Assembly (NCBI GenBank): GCA_002269645.1
Contig: NIVC01003733.1
Location: 1 to 64,000 of the forward strand
DNA: 64,000 nucleotides
Source: Macrostomum lignano
Lineage: Eukaryota
Reading direction: 5' to 3'
Shown: piece by piece, positions 39,801 to 60,537 of the stretch
How positions within the stretch are numbered: the first letter of the stretch is position 1
Layout: each line of letters starts with the position of its first letter
Notes under the pieces: model-generated
The model's database searches: none
What the model saw: the letters and a program-made list of their open reading frames with translations, nothing else
What the model was told of the DNA's origin: nothing
Made by a program: the position numbers and the translations under genes

Positions 39801-40665
39801 GATAGTAGATGATAGTAGATGATGGTAGATGATAGTAGATGATGGTAGATGATAGTAGATGATGGTAGATGATGGTAGATGATGGTAGATGATAGTAGAT
39901 GATGGTAGATGATGGTAGATGATGGTAGATGATGGTAGATGATAGTAGATGATGGTAGATGATAGTAGATGATGGTAGATGATAGTAGATGATAGTAGAT
40001 GATGGTAGATGATGGTAGATGATAGTAGTTGATAGTAGATGATAGTAGATGATGGTAGATGATGGTAGATGATGGTAGATGATAGTAGATGATGGTAGAT
40101 GATGGTAGATGATAGTAGATGATGGTAGATGATAGTAGATGATGGTAGATGATAGTAGATGATGTAGATGATGGTAGATGATAGTAGATGATGGTAGATG
40201 ATGGTAGATGATGGTAGATGATAGTAGATGATGGTAGATGATAGTAGATGATAGTAGATGATAGTAGATGATGGTAGATGATAGTAGATGGCGGTAGATG
40301 ATGGTAGATGATGGTAGATGATAGTAGATGATGGTAGATGATAGTAGATGATGGTAGATGATGATAGATGATGGTAGATGATAGTAGATGATGGTAGATG
40401 ATGGTAGATGATGATAGATGATGGTAGATGATGGTAGATGATGGTAGATGATGGTAGATGATGGTAGATGATGGTAGATGATGGTAGATGATGATAGATG
40501 ATGATAGATGATGGTAGATGATGGTAGATGATGGTGGATGATGGTAGATGATAGTAGATGATGGTAGATGATGGTAGATGATGGTAGATGATGATAGATG
40601 ATGATAGATGATGATAGATGATGGTAGATGATGGTGGATGATGGTAGATGATGGTAGATAATAAT
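33860..40665. repeat. 6.8-kb 10-bp satellite (ATGATGGTAG/ATGATAGTAG)n
   Basis: Largest array in the window; source of the 1687-aa and 877-aa spurious ORFs. Confidence 0.98.
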
Positions 40666-41419
40666 GAATCCAGCCTGAAACTCCTTTCATTCAATTTAAA
40701 AAAAATACATCGGCTTGATATTTTCCTCAACTAAAGTTTTTAAAATCCATCACTTGTGCCAGAGCAGCATTGATGGGAGAGCATTGTAAAAACTGTCAAA
40801 TTTGTCTGTCAATTACTCAAATTGGTGTTGAAATGACAGGGCAGAGGGGGACCCAGGAGACTAATAGGAACGAGAAGGCAGTTAAAATATAAAATAATTG
40901 CAATATTTATATCCTTAGTATTGGAATTCCTGCAGTGTATATTTTCTGCCCATCTAGCCCAATATAGGATAAAAATCCCAGACATTACGAGTAAATCCTA
41001 TAAATTAATCACCCGCCCGGAAACCAAAGGGGTCCCATTTTATGGACACACGCAAGTCTGCGATCGGAATTGCTTGGCAAACATTAGAAAGTCGGGGGAG
41101 ATTGGAGAGAGAAAACCGGGAAGACTGGCTCGCTACCCATTGGAAAGATCATTGATTTAATTGGCGAAAGTCAGATAAATAGAAAACTGGGTTGGTAGTA
41201 CGGCTCAGCTGTCGAGGCTACTGCATCAATAATATAACTGTGTCATGCACAATTGCGGCACATTGCAGTCCTGTCTCTTTTTTACCGGGTAGCTCCGCTA
41301 TGCGCACTGACTGGGATCTGGCAAAAATTGTGGAATGGGACTAGCAGAGGGAGCGGAGAGAAGAGGAGGCAGATGGGAGAGGGGAGAGAATAGAGGGGTG
41401 AGTAGAGGGGTAAGAGCAG

Positions 41420-42567
41420 AGAAGGGAGAGTGGAGACGAGAGAGGAGAGGAGAAAAGAGGAGAGGAGAGGAGAGGAGAGGAGAGGAGAGGAGAGGAGAAG
41501 AGAGGAGAGGAGAGGAGAGGAGAGGAGAGGAGAAGAGAGGAGAGGAGAGGAGAGGAGAGGAGAAGAGAGGAGAGGAGAGGAGAGGAGAGGAGAGGAGACG
41601 AGAGGAGAGGAGAGGAGAGGAGACGAGAGGAGAGGAGACGAGAGGAGAGGAGAGGAGAGGAGAGGAGACGAGAGGAGACGAGAGGAGAGGAGACGAGAGG
41701 AGAGGAGACGAGAGGAGAGGAGAGGAGAGGAGAGGAGAAGAGAGGAGAGGAGAGGAGAGGAGAGGAGAGGAGAGGAGACGAGAGGAGAGGAGAGGAGAGG
41801 AGACGAGACGAGACGAGAGGAGAGGAGAGGAGAGGAGAGGAGAGGAGAGGAGAGGAGAGGAGAGGAGAGGAGAGGAGAGGAGAGGAGAGGAGAGGAGAGG
41901 AGAGGAGAGGAGAGGAGAGGAGAGGAGAGGAGAGGAGAGGAGAGGAGAGGAGAGGAGAGGAGAGGAGAGGAGAGGAGAGGAGAGGAGAGGAGAGGAGAGG
42001 AGAGGAGAGGAGAGGAGAGGAGAGGAGATGAGAGGAGAGGAGAGGAGAGGAGAGGAGATGAGAGGAGAGGAGATGAGAGGAGAGGAGACGAGAGGAGAGT
42101 AGAGAGAAGAGGAGAGAGTGGAGCGGAGCGAGGAGAGGAGAGAGGGGAGAAGAGAAGAGATAGTGGAGAGAAGAGGAGAGAGAGAGGGCGAGAGAGCGGA
42201 GTTATCCAACCCCAAAAGCAGTACCACGGCAACGCAGCTGTTTAAGCAAGTAAGTGCTGATATTTCGAATATTTCATAATCTTCCTCCGGCCTAATAATT
42301 GAGAGGAGAGGAGGAGACAGTTAACAAAGAGACGGAATCAAGAATCCAATTAGGTTAGAAACTCATCACAGACAGGAAAATGACCCTTGACAATTTTCCC
42401 GCCTCTGTCTATTTACCTTCAGCGTAACGGTGGGAATGAATATCCTGTTTTGGGACAATCTGTTTCTTTTGCTCAGCCAGAGTTTTAGGCTGCCTTGCAT
42501 CTTTCAAGAGAAACACCATGAGGCACCCAATTCGAGTACAGATTAACTGACAGACAGACAGACAGGC

Positions 42568-42664
<97 letters not shown>

Positions 42665-42667
42665 GGC

Positions 42668-42708
<41 letters not shown>

Positions 42709-42715
42709 GGCAGGC

Positions 42716-42756
<41 letters not shown>

Positions 42757-42815
42757 CTAAGACAGACAGACAGACAGACACTAAGACAGACAGACAGACA
42801 GACAGACAGGCAGGC

Positions 42816-42852
<37 letters not shown>

Positions 42853-42879
42853 CTAAGACAGACAGACAGACAGACACTA

Positions 42880-42952
<73 letters not shown>
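41420..42952. repeat. (GAGAG)n at 41420-42190 and (CAGA)n at 42548-42952
   Basis: Simple repeats. Confidence 0.95.
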
Positions 42953-42957
<5 letters not shown>

Positions 42958-43414
42958 CCTATCTCATGACTCCCTAAGCCTCCCCCATCAGCTGACATTA
43001 AAGGTGCTCATGAACAGTTCAATGGCTAGAGGAGGGTATCCCGGCTGCAATAATTCCCGGCCAGATCACTGAACTGAGAGACTATAATACTTTGCCTAGA
43101 CTGGAACATAAAAACGTAGATGGTAATCAGATGCCTAAGCGGATGATGATTATTACTTTTTATTTGAGTCCGCAGCAACTCAGCGTTGAGTGGCGGCTTG
43201 CGTGAGCGAGAGAGAGCGAGAGAGAGAGAGAGAGAATGAAAACAGTTCCAGCAGGCAGGAAGGCTGGCTGATTGAGAGATAAGGATGATAAATTATAGAT
43301 TTGGCTACTGACTCAATAAGTTGCACGAATCAATTCATGCACGTTCATTTTTAAAGGATCAGCTAGTCGCGACCAATTCGTTTGTTAACGAAAATAATTT
43401 CTTTGCACATGTGC

Positions 43415-44395
43415 TTTTGCGCTTCTGTTTTGGCGCTTCTGTTTTGGCGCTTCTGTTTTGGCGCTTCTGTTTTGGCGCTTCTGTTTTGGCGCTATTGTTT
43501 TTGCGCTTCTGTTTTGGCGCTATTGTTTTGGCGCTATTGTTTTGGCGCTACTGTATTGGCGCCAAACTGTTTTGGCGCTTTTGTTTTGGCGCTTCTGTAT
43601 TGGCGCCAAACTGTTTTGGCGCTTCTGTTTTAGCGCTTCTGTTTTGGCTCCAAACTGTTTTGGCGCTACTGTTTTGGCGCTTCTGTTTTGGCGCTTCTGT
43701 TTTGGCGCTTCTGTTTTGGCGCTTCTGTTTTGGCGCTTCTGTTTTGGCGCTTCTGTTTTGGCGCTTCTGTTTTGGCGCTTCTGTTTTGGCGCCAAACTGT
43801 TTTGGCGCTGTTGTTTTGGCGCTACTGTTTTGGCGCTTCTGTTTTGACGCTACTGTTTTGGCGCTTCTGTTTTGGCGCTTCTGTTTTGGCGCCAAACTGT
43901 TTTGGCGCTGTTGTTTTGGCGCTACTGTTTTGGTGCTTCTGTTTTGGCGCTTCTGTTTTGGCGCTGTTGTTTTGGCGCTACTGTTTTGGTGCTTCTGTTT
44001 TGGTGCTTCTGTTTTGGCGCTTCTGTTTTGGCGCTTCTGTTTTGGCGCTGTTGTTTTGGCGCTTCTGTTTTGGCGCTTCTGTTTTGGCGCTGTTGTTTTG
44101 GCGCTACTGTTTTAGCGCTTCTGTTTTGACGCTACTGTTTTGGCGCTTCTGTTTTGGCGCTTCTGTTTTGGCGCTTCTGTTTTGGCGCTTCTGTTTTAGC
44201 GCTTCTGTTTTGGCTCCAAACTGTTTTGGCGCTACTGTTTTGGCGCTTCTGTTTTGGCGCTTCTGTTTTGGCGCTGTTGTTTTGGCGCTTCTGTTTTGGC
44301 GCTTCTGTTTTGGCGCCAAACTGTTTTGGCGCTGTTGTTTTGGCGCTACTGCTTTGGCGCTTCTGTTTTGGCGCTGCTGTTTTGGCGCTATTATT
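43415..44395. repeat. 14-bp minisatellite, about 70 copies (CTGTTTTGGCGCTT), with palindromic TTTGGCGCCAAA variants
   Basis: Direct tandem periodicity. Confidence 0.96.
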
Positions 44396-44989
44396 TTGAA
44401 ATCCCGACCATGGTTAGGCTCAAGATTTAGGGTCAAGCTTAATATCAAAGAACTTTTAGAGAGATTTTGCTTTTCGAGTCTTTGCTGTTCGACTGCAGAC
44501 ACGAAACTGCTTGTAAAGAGGAAAATTTGCATCCAAACTCCTCTTTCTACTCGTCTCTGTCAATCTCTTCCTCTCCTCTTCCCATCTTCTTACAGCCTCC
44601 ACTTTGTAATCCTATAGCCCTTCGCTTCAGCTTACGAGTTTTTGCAGATTTCTGCAACAAGACGAGGCGAGCAACTCGCAAGCATTATTTAACTCACCAA
44701 GGTCAGGCTCTTGACTGGTAAACACTTGTAGATACTTTCGATAGTTGTTTTTATTTCCAGAAGATATTGGTTTCCTACTGACAGGTACGCGATGTACTTT
44801 TAAAAAAACACTTTTTACAAATGTCATTGCAATCAATATTGCTGAATATACTGCAAAGCGGAGCTATGTACATTGAATTTAATGAAATTAAGGGCTGACG
44901 CTATTGACGACTGAAGCAGAAGGCTGCTGCACAGAATGCATTGGCGAGGTAGAAGATATGAAATTTTTAGTGCTGAATTCACAATTCAC

Positions 44990-54797
<9,808 letters not shown>

Positions 54798-55119
54798 GGT
54801 GAACAGCTGCAGACTTAAACTCAGTAGCCGCATAGCCTAGAATTTTATATAAGACAAGCTAAACTTTGTTGACCTTGGCATTCTATTGGCCCAATGAGGC
54901 AGTCGGAATTCTCCATATGATGCCCAGCAGGAGCTGGCAATATTGGTTCAATACACTGGAGAGTATCTGATTCGCTTGTGCAGTTGTAAGGAGGAGGGAT
55001 TAACTCCTGCGGCAGATTTTCAAAAAGAAGTTCAAAATACTACTATCTATAGTAGCATTCTTAGAAATCTGTCCTTGAAAAATACAGAAAGTTGGCAAAA
55101 ATAGTGGATACACAAGAGA

Positions 55120-57185
55120 GAAAGGGGGAGGGGAAGGGAGAGATGAAAAGGAAGAGAAGAAGGGGAGAGAGGAAGGGAGAGATAAAAAGGAAGAAAAGAA
55201 GGGGGGAGAGGAAGGGAGAGAGGAAGGGAGATAAGAAGGGGAGAGAGGAAGGGAGAGAGGAAGGGAAATAAGAAGGGAGAGAGGAAGGGAAATAAGAAGG
55301 GAGAGAGGAAGGGAGAGACGAAGGGAGAGAGGTAGGGAGAGAGGAAGGGAGAGAGGAAGGGAGAGAGGAAGGGAGAGAGGAAGGGAGATAAGAAGGGGAG
55401 AGAGGAAGGGAGAGAGGAAGGGAGAGAGGAAGGGAGATAAGAAGGGAAGAGAGGAAGGGAGAGAGGAAGGGAGAGAAGAAGGGGAGAGAGGAAGGGAGAG
55501 AGGAAGGGAGATAAGAAGGGGAGAGAGGAAGGGAGAGAGGAAGGGAGAGAGGAAGGGAGAGAGAGAAGGGGTGAGAGAAGGGGGAGAGGAAGGAAGAGAG
55601 AAGAATGGGAGAGAGAAGGGGTGAGAGAAGGGGTGAGAGGAAGGGAGAGAGAAGGGGAGAGAGGAAGGGAGAGAGAAGGGGAGAGAGGAAGGGAGAGAGG
55701 AAGGGAGAGAGGAAGGGAGAGAGAGAAGGGGTGAGAGAAGGGGGAGAGGAAGGAAGAGAGAAGAATGAGAGAGAGAAGGGGTGAGAGAAGGGGTGAGAGG
55801 AAGGGAGAGAGAAGGGGAGAGAGGAAGGGAGAGAAAAGGGGAAAAGAAGGAGGACAAAGGGGAGAGAGAATTAATAGAGAAGGTGAGATGGGTTTGTCAA
55901 TAAATGTATTTGCTTTATTGAATAGTAGGAAAGTAGAAAAACTTTAGCATTTTTTTCATCCAGGCATCATATCCACCGCTTCTATCAAACTGCAGAATCA
56001 GCTGTTTAACCTAAATTAGAAAATCTTAAACAGATTTAAAACAAGATTGATGATTTTGCGAAGTTTCTTCACGAATATTTCGCCTGTTGTAATTTGAATA
56101 AACTTTCCCTGGCTTAGCTCGGCTGTGGTAGAACCACACAGCAGCGGTTTGGGTATCTTAGATGCAGCACCACAGCACCAGTCGCTTTCGCACATTCATA
56201 AGTGTTATGTTAATATGCAAATGCTTAACCCTGTCACCCTGTCACCCCGTCACTGTCACCCTGTCACTCTGTCACTCTGTCACTCTGTCACCCTGTCACT
56301 CTGTCACTCTGTCACCCTGTCCCTCTGTCACCCTGTCACTCTATCACCCTGTCACCCTGTCACCCTGTCACCCTGTCACTCTGTCACTCTGTCCCTCTGT
56401 CCCCCTGTCACCCTGTCACCCTGTCACTCTATCACCCTGTCACTCTGTCCCTCTGTCACCCTGTCCCTCTGTCACACTGTCACTCTGTCACCCTGTCATT
56501 ATTTCTCCATGTATGTTTTGCATATGATGAGAAAGATATTTATTTAATGCTCGTATTTACAAAAAAATCATAGCCAAACAAGGATAGCGCTTGACGCAGG
56601 TGTCTAACAGAATTTAACAGCAAACTTGTGTTCCATTTCGTATTTATTCGACACCTGTGCTCAGCAGTTTTCAGCTGATGGCAATTTTTTATAAACCATG
56701 GATAATTTCAAGAAATAGGAATCGTGTTTATAAGAGATTGATAGAGAGTTTAAGAGATTGATAGAGTGTTTGAGAGATTGATAGAGAGTTTGAGAGATTG
56801 ATAGAGAGTTTGAGAGATTGATAGAGAGTTTGAGAGATTGATAGAGAGTTTGAGAGATTGATAGAGAGTTTGAGAGATTGATAGAGAGTTCGAGAGATTG
56901 ATAGAGAGTTTGAGAGATTGATAGAGAGTTCGAGAGATTTAAAGAGAGTTTGAGAGATTGATAGAGAGTTTGAGAGATTGATAGAGAGTTTGAGAGATTG
57001 ATAGAGAGTTCGAGAGATTGATAGAGAGTTCGAGAGATTGATAGAGAGTTTGAGAGATTGATAGAGAGTTCGAGAGATTGATAGAGAGTTTGAGAGATTG
57101 ATAGAGAGTTCGAGAGATTTAAAGAGAGTGTGAGATATTGATAGAGAGTTTGAGAGATTGATAGAGTTTGAGAGATTGATAGAGC
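55120..57185. repeat. GA-rich array at 55120-55860, (CTGTCACC/T)n at 56228-56498, and 20-bp (GAGAGATTGATAGAGAGTTT)n at 56730-57185
   Basis: Direct tandem periodicity. Confidence 0.93.
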
Positions 57186-57621
57186 GTTATACCATACAAA
57201 ATCACCAGCAATCCATGGCCAGCAACCAAACTAATTTTAATGTTGTTAAGGTAAAATTATAAATTTTTCGCTTCATTTTCGCTCGTCTTCACTTCGCTCA
57301 ACTCGCTCCGCTCATCCTCGTTTCATTTCGGTAAAAATGTATAATTTTACCTTAACAACATCAAAATTACCTTTTGTTTCTGAAATTTCGCTCTCGTCGT
57401 TCGCTTGTGGTTTGCTGGTGATTTTGTATGCTTCCAATACTTCCAACACTTCCAACACTTCTAACACTTCCAAACAATTCCAACACTTCCAACACTTCAA
57501 ACACTTCTAATACTTCCAACACAACCAACACCAACTAACTGATAATAAACCTCACCCGCCCGTGCCGCAGGCACGCGGACGAAGTCCGACCGCCCCGAAG
57601 GGGCTTGGGGCACAGAAAAGC

Positions 57622-57929
57622 ATGATTTTTCTGTTAGTAAAAATAAACCGAGTTTACAACTTTTCAGTAAGTGATACTTCGAAACTGTTGCTAAAAATGC
57701 TGAGATAATAAAACAGCATATATTGAATGGAATAATCGATGAGGTTTTTTTAAAATACAACAACGGCGAGGAACTAAAACTTTATCCACTAGAGTTAGAC
57801 GGTTTATATGATTTAGAACAGGAGGGAGAGCTAATTTTTCAACTTGGTGATTATTTAAATTCAGACGATTGGGAGGTTCGTTCAACGGATTCTGAGTCAA
57901 CAAATAGTTCGTTTGAAACTAGTGAATGA
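57622..57929 (+). pseudogene. Decayed AT-rich small ORF 1 (MIFLLVKINRVYNFSVSD / YFETVAKNAEIIKQHILNGIIDEVFLKYNNGEELKLYPLELDG...), frameshift near 57672
   Basis: Intronless and AT-rich. Shares motifs with the neighbouring ORF 2 (FSVSD/FSITE, IIDEVF/ILDEVY, YPLE). Confidence 0.5.
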
Positions 57930-58003
57930 AGTGAATAGAGAATGAAAGTGAAATTTTTATGTAAAAAAATGGAATTAGGCAGCAGACCCCACTTTTCAAT
58001 AAC

Positions 58004-59253
58004 CAGTGTTGGGCACTTCCGTTACCGAGTAACTTGTAAATGGTAACGCAAGTTACTTTTTCGTAAAGCGTTCCTTACGCAAGTTACTTTCCTATTTTGG
58101 TAACGGAGTAACGGTAAGTTACTCAAATTTCGGAAGTCCGTTACAGTTACTTTGCAACAATCGCAATATTTAAATTTAAAACTGATATGCTTAGCTATTA
58201 CTCCAGTTGTCACATTTTTAGCATTTTTCATTCCTAAATTCAAAACTAAGTGAATAATATCATACGGTATTACGCTGTAATTAATAAAGAAATACTTGAA
58301 ACATGTTTTTACTTTGTTATTTTCGGTAAAATATTTTTGCTTTTCGTTTTTAAGTTAATAAAAATATTTTGTTTAGTTCTTAGAAACAAACAACCAAAGA
58401 AAGAAATTCATCTGTAGTCTCCACAAATCCACTCAGTGATCGACGTAGCCAGGAATTTTAATTGGGGGGGGGCGGGTTGGCCTGGCTGGCCATGCCTCAT
58501 GCCATTGCCACTTTTAGCGCCGCAGGCACTCATTTAAGCGCCGCAAGCACTCATTTAAGCGCCGCAGGCACTCATTTAAGCGCCGCAGGCACTCAATCGC
58601 CTCATGGTTTTTGGTACCCGCCACGCCCAACCCCACCCCCCCAGGTGGGGTGTCTTGCAGGTGGGGTGAAGTTGCCGCCCCAACGATTGTTAAGGCGGCC
58701 TCCCTGGCTACACCACTAAAGTCCACTGGCACTGCACTGCACTGCACAATAATTTAATATTATGATAAATTGAAAATAAATAAAAAGACTAGTAAAGCAG
58801 ACTATAGAGTGGAGTAAAGCCAGGTACTTATTACGAGCGATGTATTATCAAGGACAACTGAAGTTACGTTAAGTTGTCCTTGTGTATTATAACTTATAAT
58901 GTTATTAAAAATTAAATTGCGTTTTGCATTTAACGTTTCTGACCTTCAGCTTCTCTTCTTTTACGGAAAGGGCCTAAAGTGATTAAAATTTAATACAGTT
59001 ACTGAAATTAATATTGTTTTATTCTTCCTCCTGGCTTTCGCGATCATTTGTGCTGTTCCAGCGCATTTGCAATGTTAAAAAAGCAGAAAATTTTGTTAAT
59101 AACATAGGTAACGGAAGTAAGTAACGGAAGTAACTTAAAAGTTACCGGGTTTTTGTATAAAGTTACTAGGCTAACGTAAGTTACTTTTTAAAAAGTGGTA
59201 ACTTAAGTTACAGTAACGCAAGTTACTTTTTTTGAGTAACTTGCCCAACACTG
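58004..59253. mobile_element. Non-autonomous hAT-superfamily DNA transposon
   Basis: 12-bp TIR CAGTGTTGGGCA/TGCCCAACACTG, perfect 8-bp TSD TCAATAAC (57996-58003 and 59254-59261), clustered subterminal GTAAC/GTTAC motifs, no transposase. Confidence 0.88.
58434..58718. mobile_element. MITE nested inside the hAT element
   Basis: Imperfect TIRs cagtgatcgacgtagccagg / cctggctacaccacta, flanks aaatccact/aagtccact (TSD-like, one mismatch), internal 21-bp repeat in about 4 copies. Confidence 0.65.
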
Positions 59254-59526
59254 TCAATAACTGAATCAACTCAAACAATATTTAATGCACTCGATTCAAT
59301 AAAAAAACTTATAAAGGATGAAATACTCGATGAAGTATATATATACAACCAAATAAAAAGATATATCCACTTGAAATTGGAGAATTAGATTATATTTGGG
59401 ATAAGGGGGAAGAAAGTCTTCTTCTAGCACAATGTTTAAACTGTTAAAAATTATAACTAAAAATCACCCCGATGAATTACTATTCAGTGACAAAAACAAA
59501 TTTATTGCGAAAAATATAAGTAAAAA

Positions 59527-59694
59527 ATGAACTTAAATTATTCCTACATTGGCAAAGTGCCAATTAAAGATTTTCAAGATAATGTTAGTTTGATAGCAGT
59601 TGAACAAGTTACAATAATATTTTTAGTTCTAGTATTAATAATAATATTGTTTTTATTTGTTATAATTTTTTTATTACCTTGTTGCCTTAAGTAA
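59527..59694 (+). CDS. 55-aa ORF with a predicted C-terminal transmembrane helix (MNLNYSYIGKVPIKDFQDNVSLIAVEQVTIIFLVLVLIIILFLFVIIFLLPCCLK)
   Basis: The ATG overlaps the TGA of an upstream frame (aaaATGA). About 24 hydrophobic residues in a row. AT-rich DNA can produce such ORFs by chance. Confidence 0.4.
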   Translation: MNLNYSYIGKVPIKDFQDNVSLIAVEQVTIIFLVLVLIIILFLFVIIFLLPCCLK

Positions 59695-59730
59695 TTGATT
59701 CTTATAAAACGATCCTAATATTTCTTCAAG

Positions 59731-60088
59731 TCCTATATACTAAAAATGGTCTGTCTGTGTCTATCTATCTATCTATCTATCTATCTATGTGATCGATTAG
59801 AGAAAAAATGGCTTAACCGATTTTCATGAGACTTGCACTGTTCGATCAGAAATTTTCCCGTGACGGTACATGCATCGTGGCTAAGAAATTGCTCGATGCT
59901 AAAGGCATTTCCTATATACTAAAAATGGTCTGTCTGTGTCTATCTATCTATCTATCTATCTATCTATGTGATCGATTAGAGAAAAAATGGCTTAACCGAT
60001 TTTCATGAGACTTGCACTGTTCGATCAGAAATTTTCCCGTGACGGTACATGCATCGTGGCTAAGAAATTGCTCGATGCTAAAGGCATT
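59731..60088 (+). mobile_element. Tandemly duplicated 179-bp Helitron-like (DINE/HINE-type) 5' head
   Basis: TC start (tcctatatactaaaaatg), internal (TCTA)n, then ggcttaaccgattttcatgagacttg. The second copy starts at 59910. Confidence 0.6.
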
Positions 60089-60423
60089 AAATATTCGAAA
60101 AACATGCTCTTTGCAAAGGTCAAGCAAACTTTTCAACTTGAAATGCATTGTAAGAATGCTAGAGAAAAAATTGACTGGTTGATTCTGATACTGAAATAGA
60201 TTGCATCATAACTGAATTGTAACTCCAACTTGAATTGCGTCACAGTATTGAAAATGCAGTGTGGAAGCGTAGCACCAGACTTGATTTAGATTGTGTAACC
60301 ATATTGTCAACTTTAATTGAGACTGATACTGACTTGCCTGGGAAATTGATTATGTCATAACTGCTTCGTGAGTGAGTGTTGAATTATATAAGTGCTACAA
60401 TTTCACTTATAAATTCGATAAGA

Positions 60424-60485
60424 TCTAGCCTAGAAGTTAACAGACTGGACTGCTAATGCAGCGACCTGGGTTCGAATCTTAGTAG
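60424..60485 (+). pseudogene. tRNA-Ser(GCT)-like remnant or SINE head
   Basis: A-box-like TAGCCTAGAAG, GGACTGCTAATGCA resembling the Ser-GCT anticodon arm, B box GGTTCGAATC. No acceptor stem or long variable arm. Confidence 0.45.
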
Positions 60486-60537
60486 TAAATTTTTTTATTA
60501 AAAGCTTTTATTAAAAAAAAAATAAATTAAAGGACTA

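Larger units (their letters stand above)
57942..59447 (+). pseudogene. Decayed AT-rich small ORF 2, split by the hAT insertion (MKVKFLCKKMELGSRPHFSITESTQTIFNALDSIKKLIKDEILDEVYIYN / KKIYPLEIGELDYIWDKGEE...)
   Basis: Removing 58004-59261 restores the frame across the TSD (ATA AC|T GAA TCA). One frameshift near 59350. Confidence 0.55.

Noticed and set aside
33865-40730. 1687-aa, 877-aa and 215-aa ORFs (SSTIIYHHLP)n
   Set aside because: They are translations of a 10-bp satellite whose minus strand lacks stop codons. There is no splice or domain evidence.
57312-57500. Minus-strand ORF with VLEVLEVLE
   Set aside because: Produced by the 9-bp repeat. It begins at a non-ATG start and the frame is ambiguous.
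59346-59360. Programmed ribosomal frameshift in ORF2
   Set aside because: No canonical slippery heptamer with a downstream structure is evident. ORF1 has a frameshift at a different position and ORF2 is transposon-disrupted, so decay is the simpler explanation.
60424-60485. Functional tRNA gene (also the tRNA-like heads at 5950-6020 and 7370-7440)
   Set aside because: No complete cloverleaf or acceptor stem. The copies at 5950-6020 and 7370-7440 run into SINE-type bodies.
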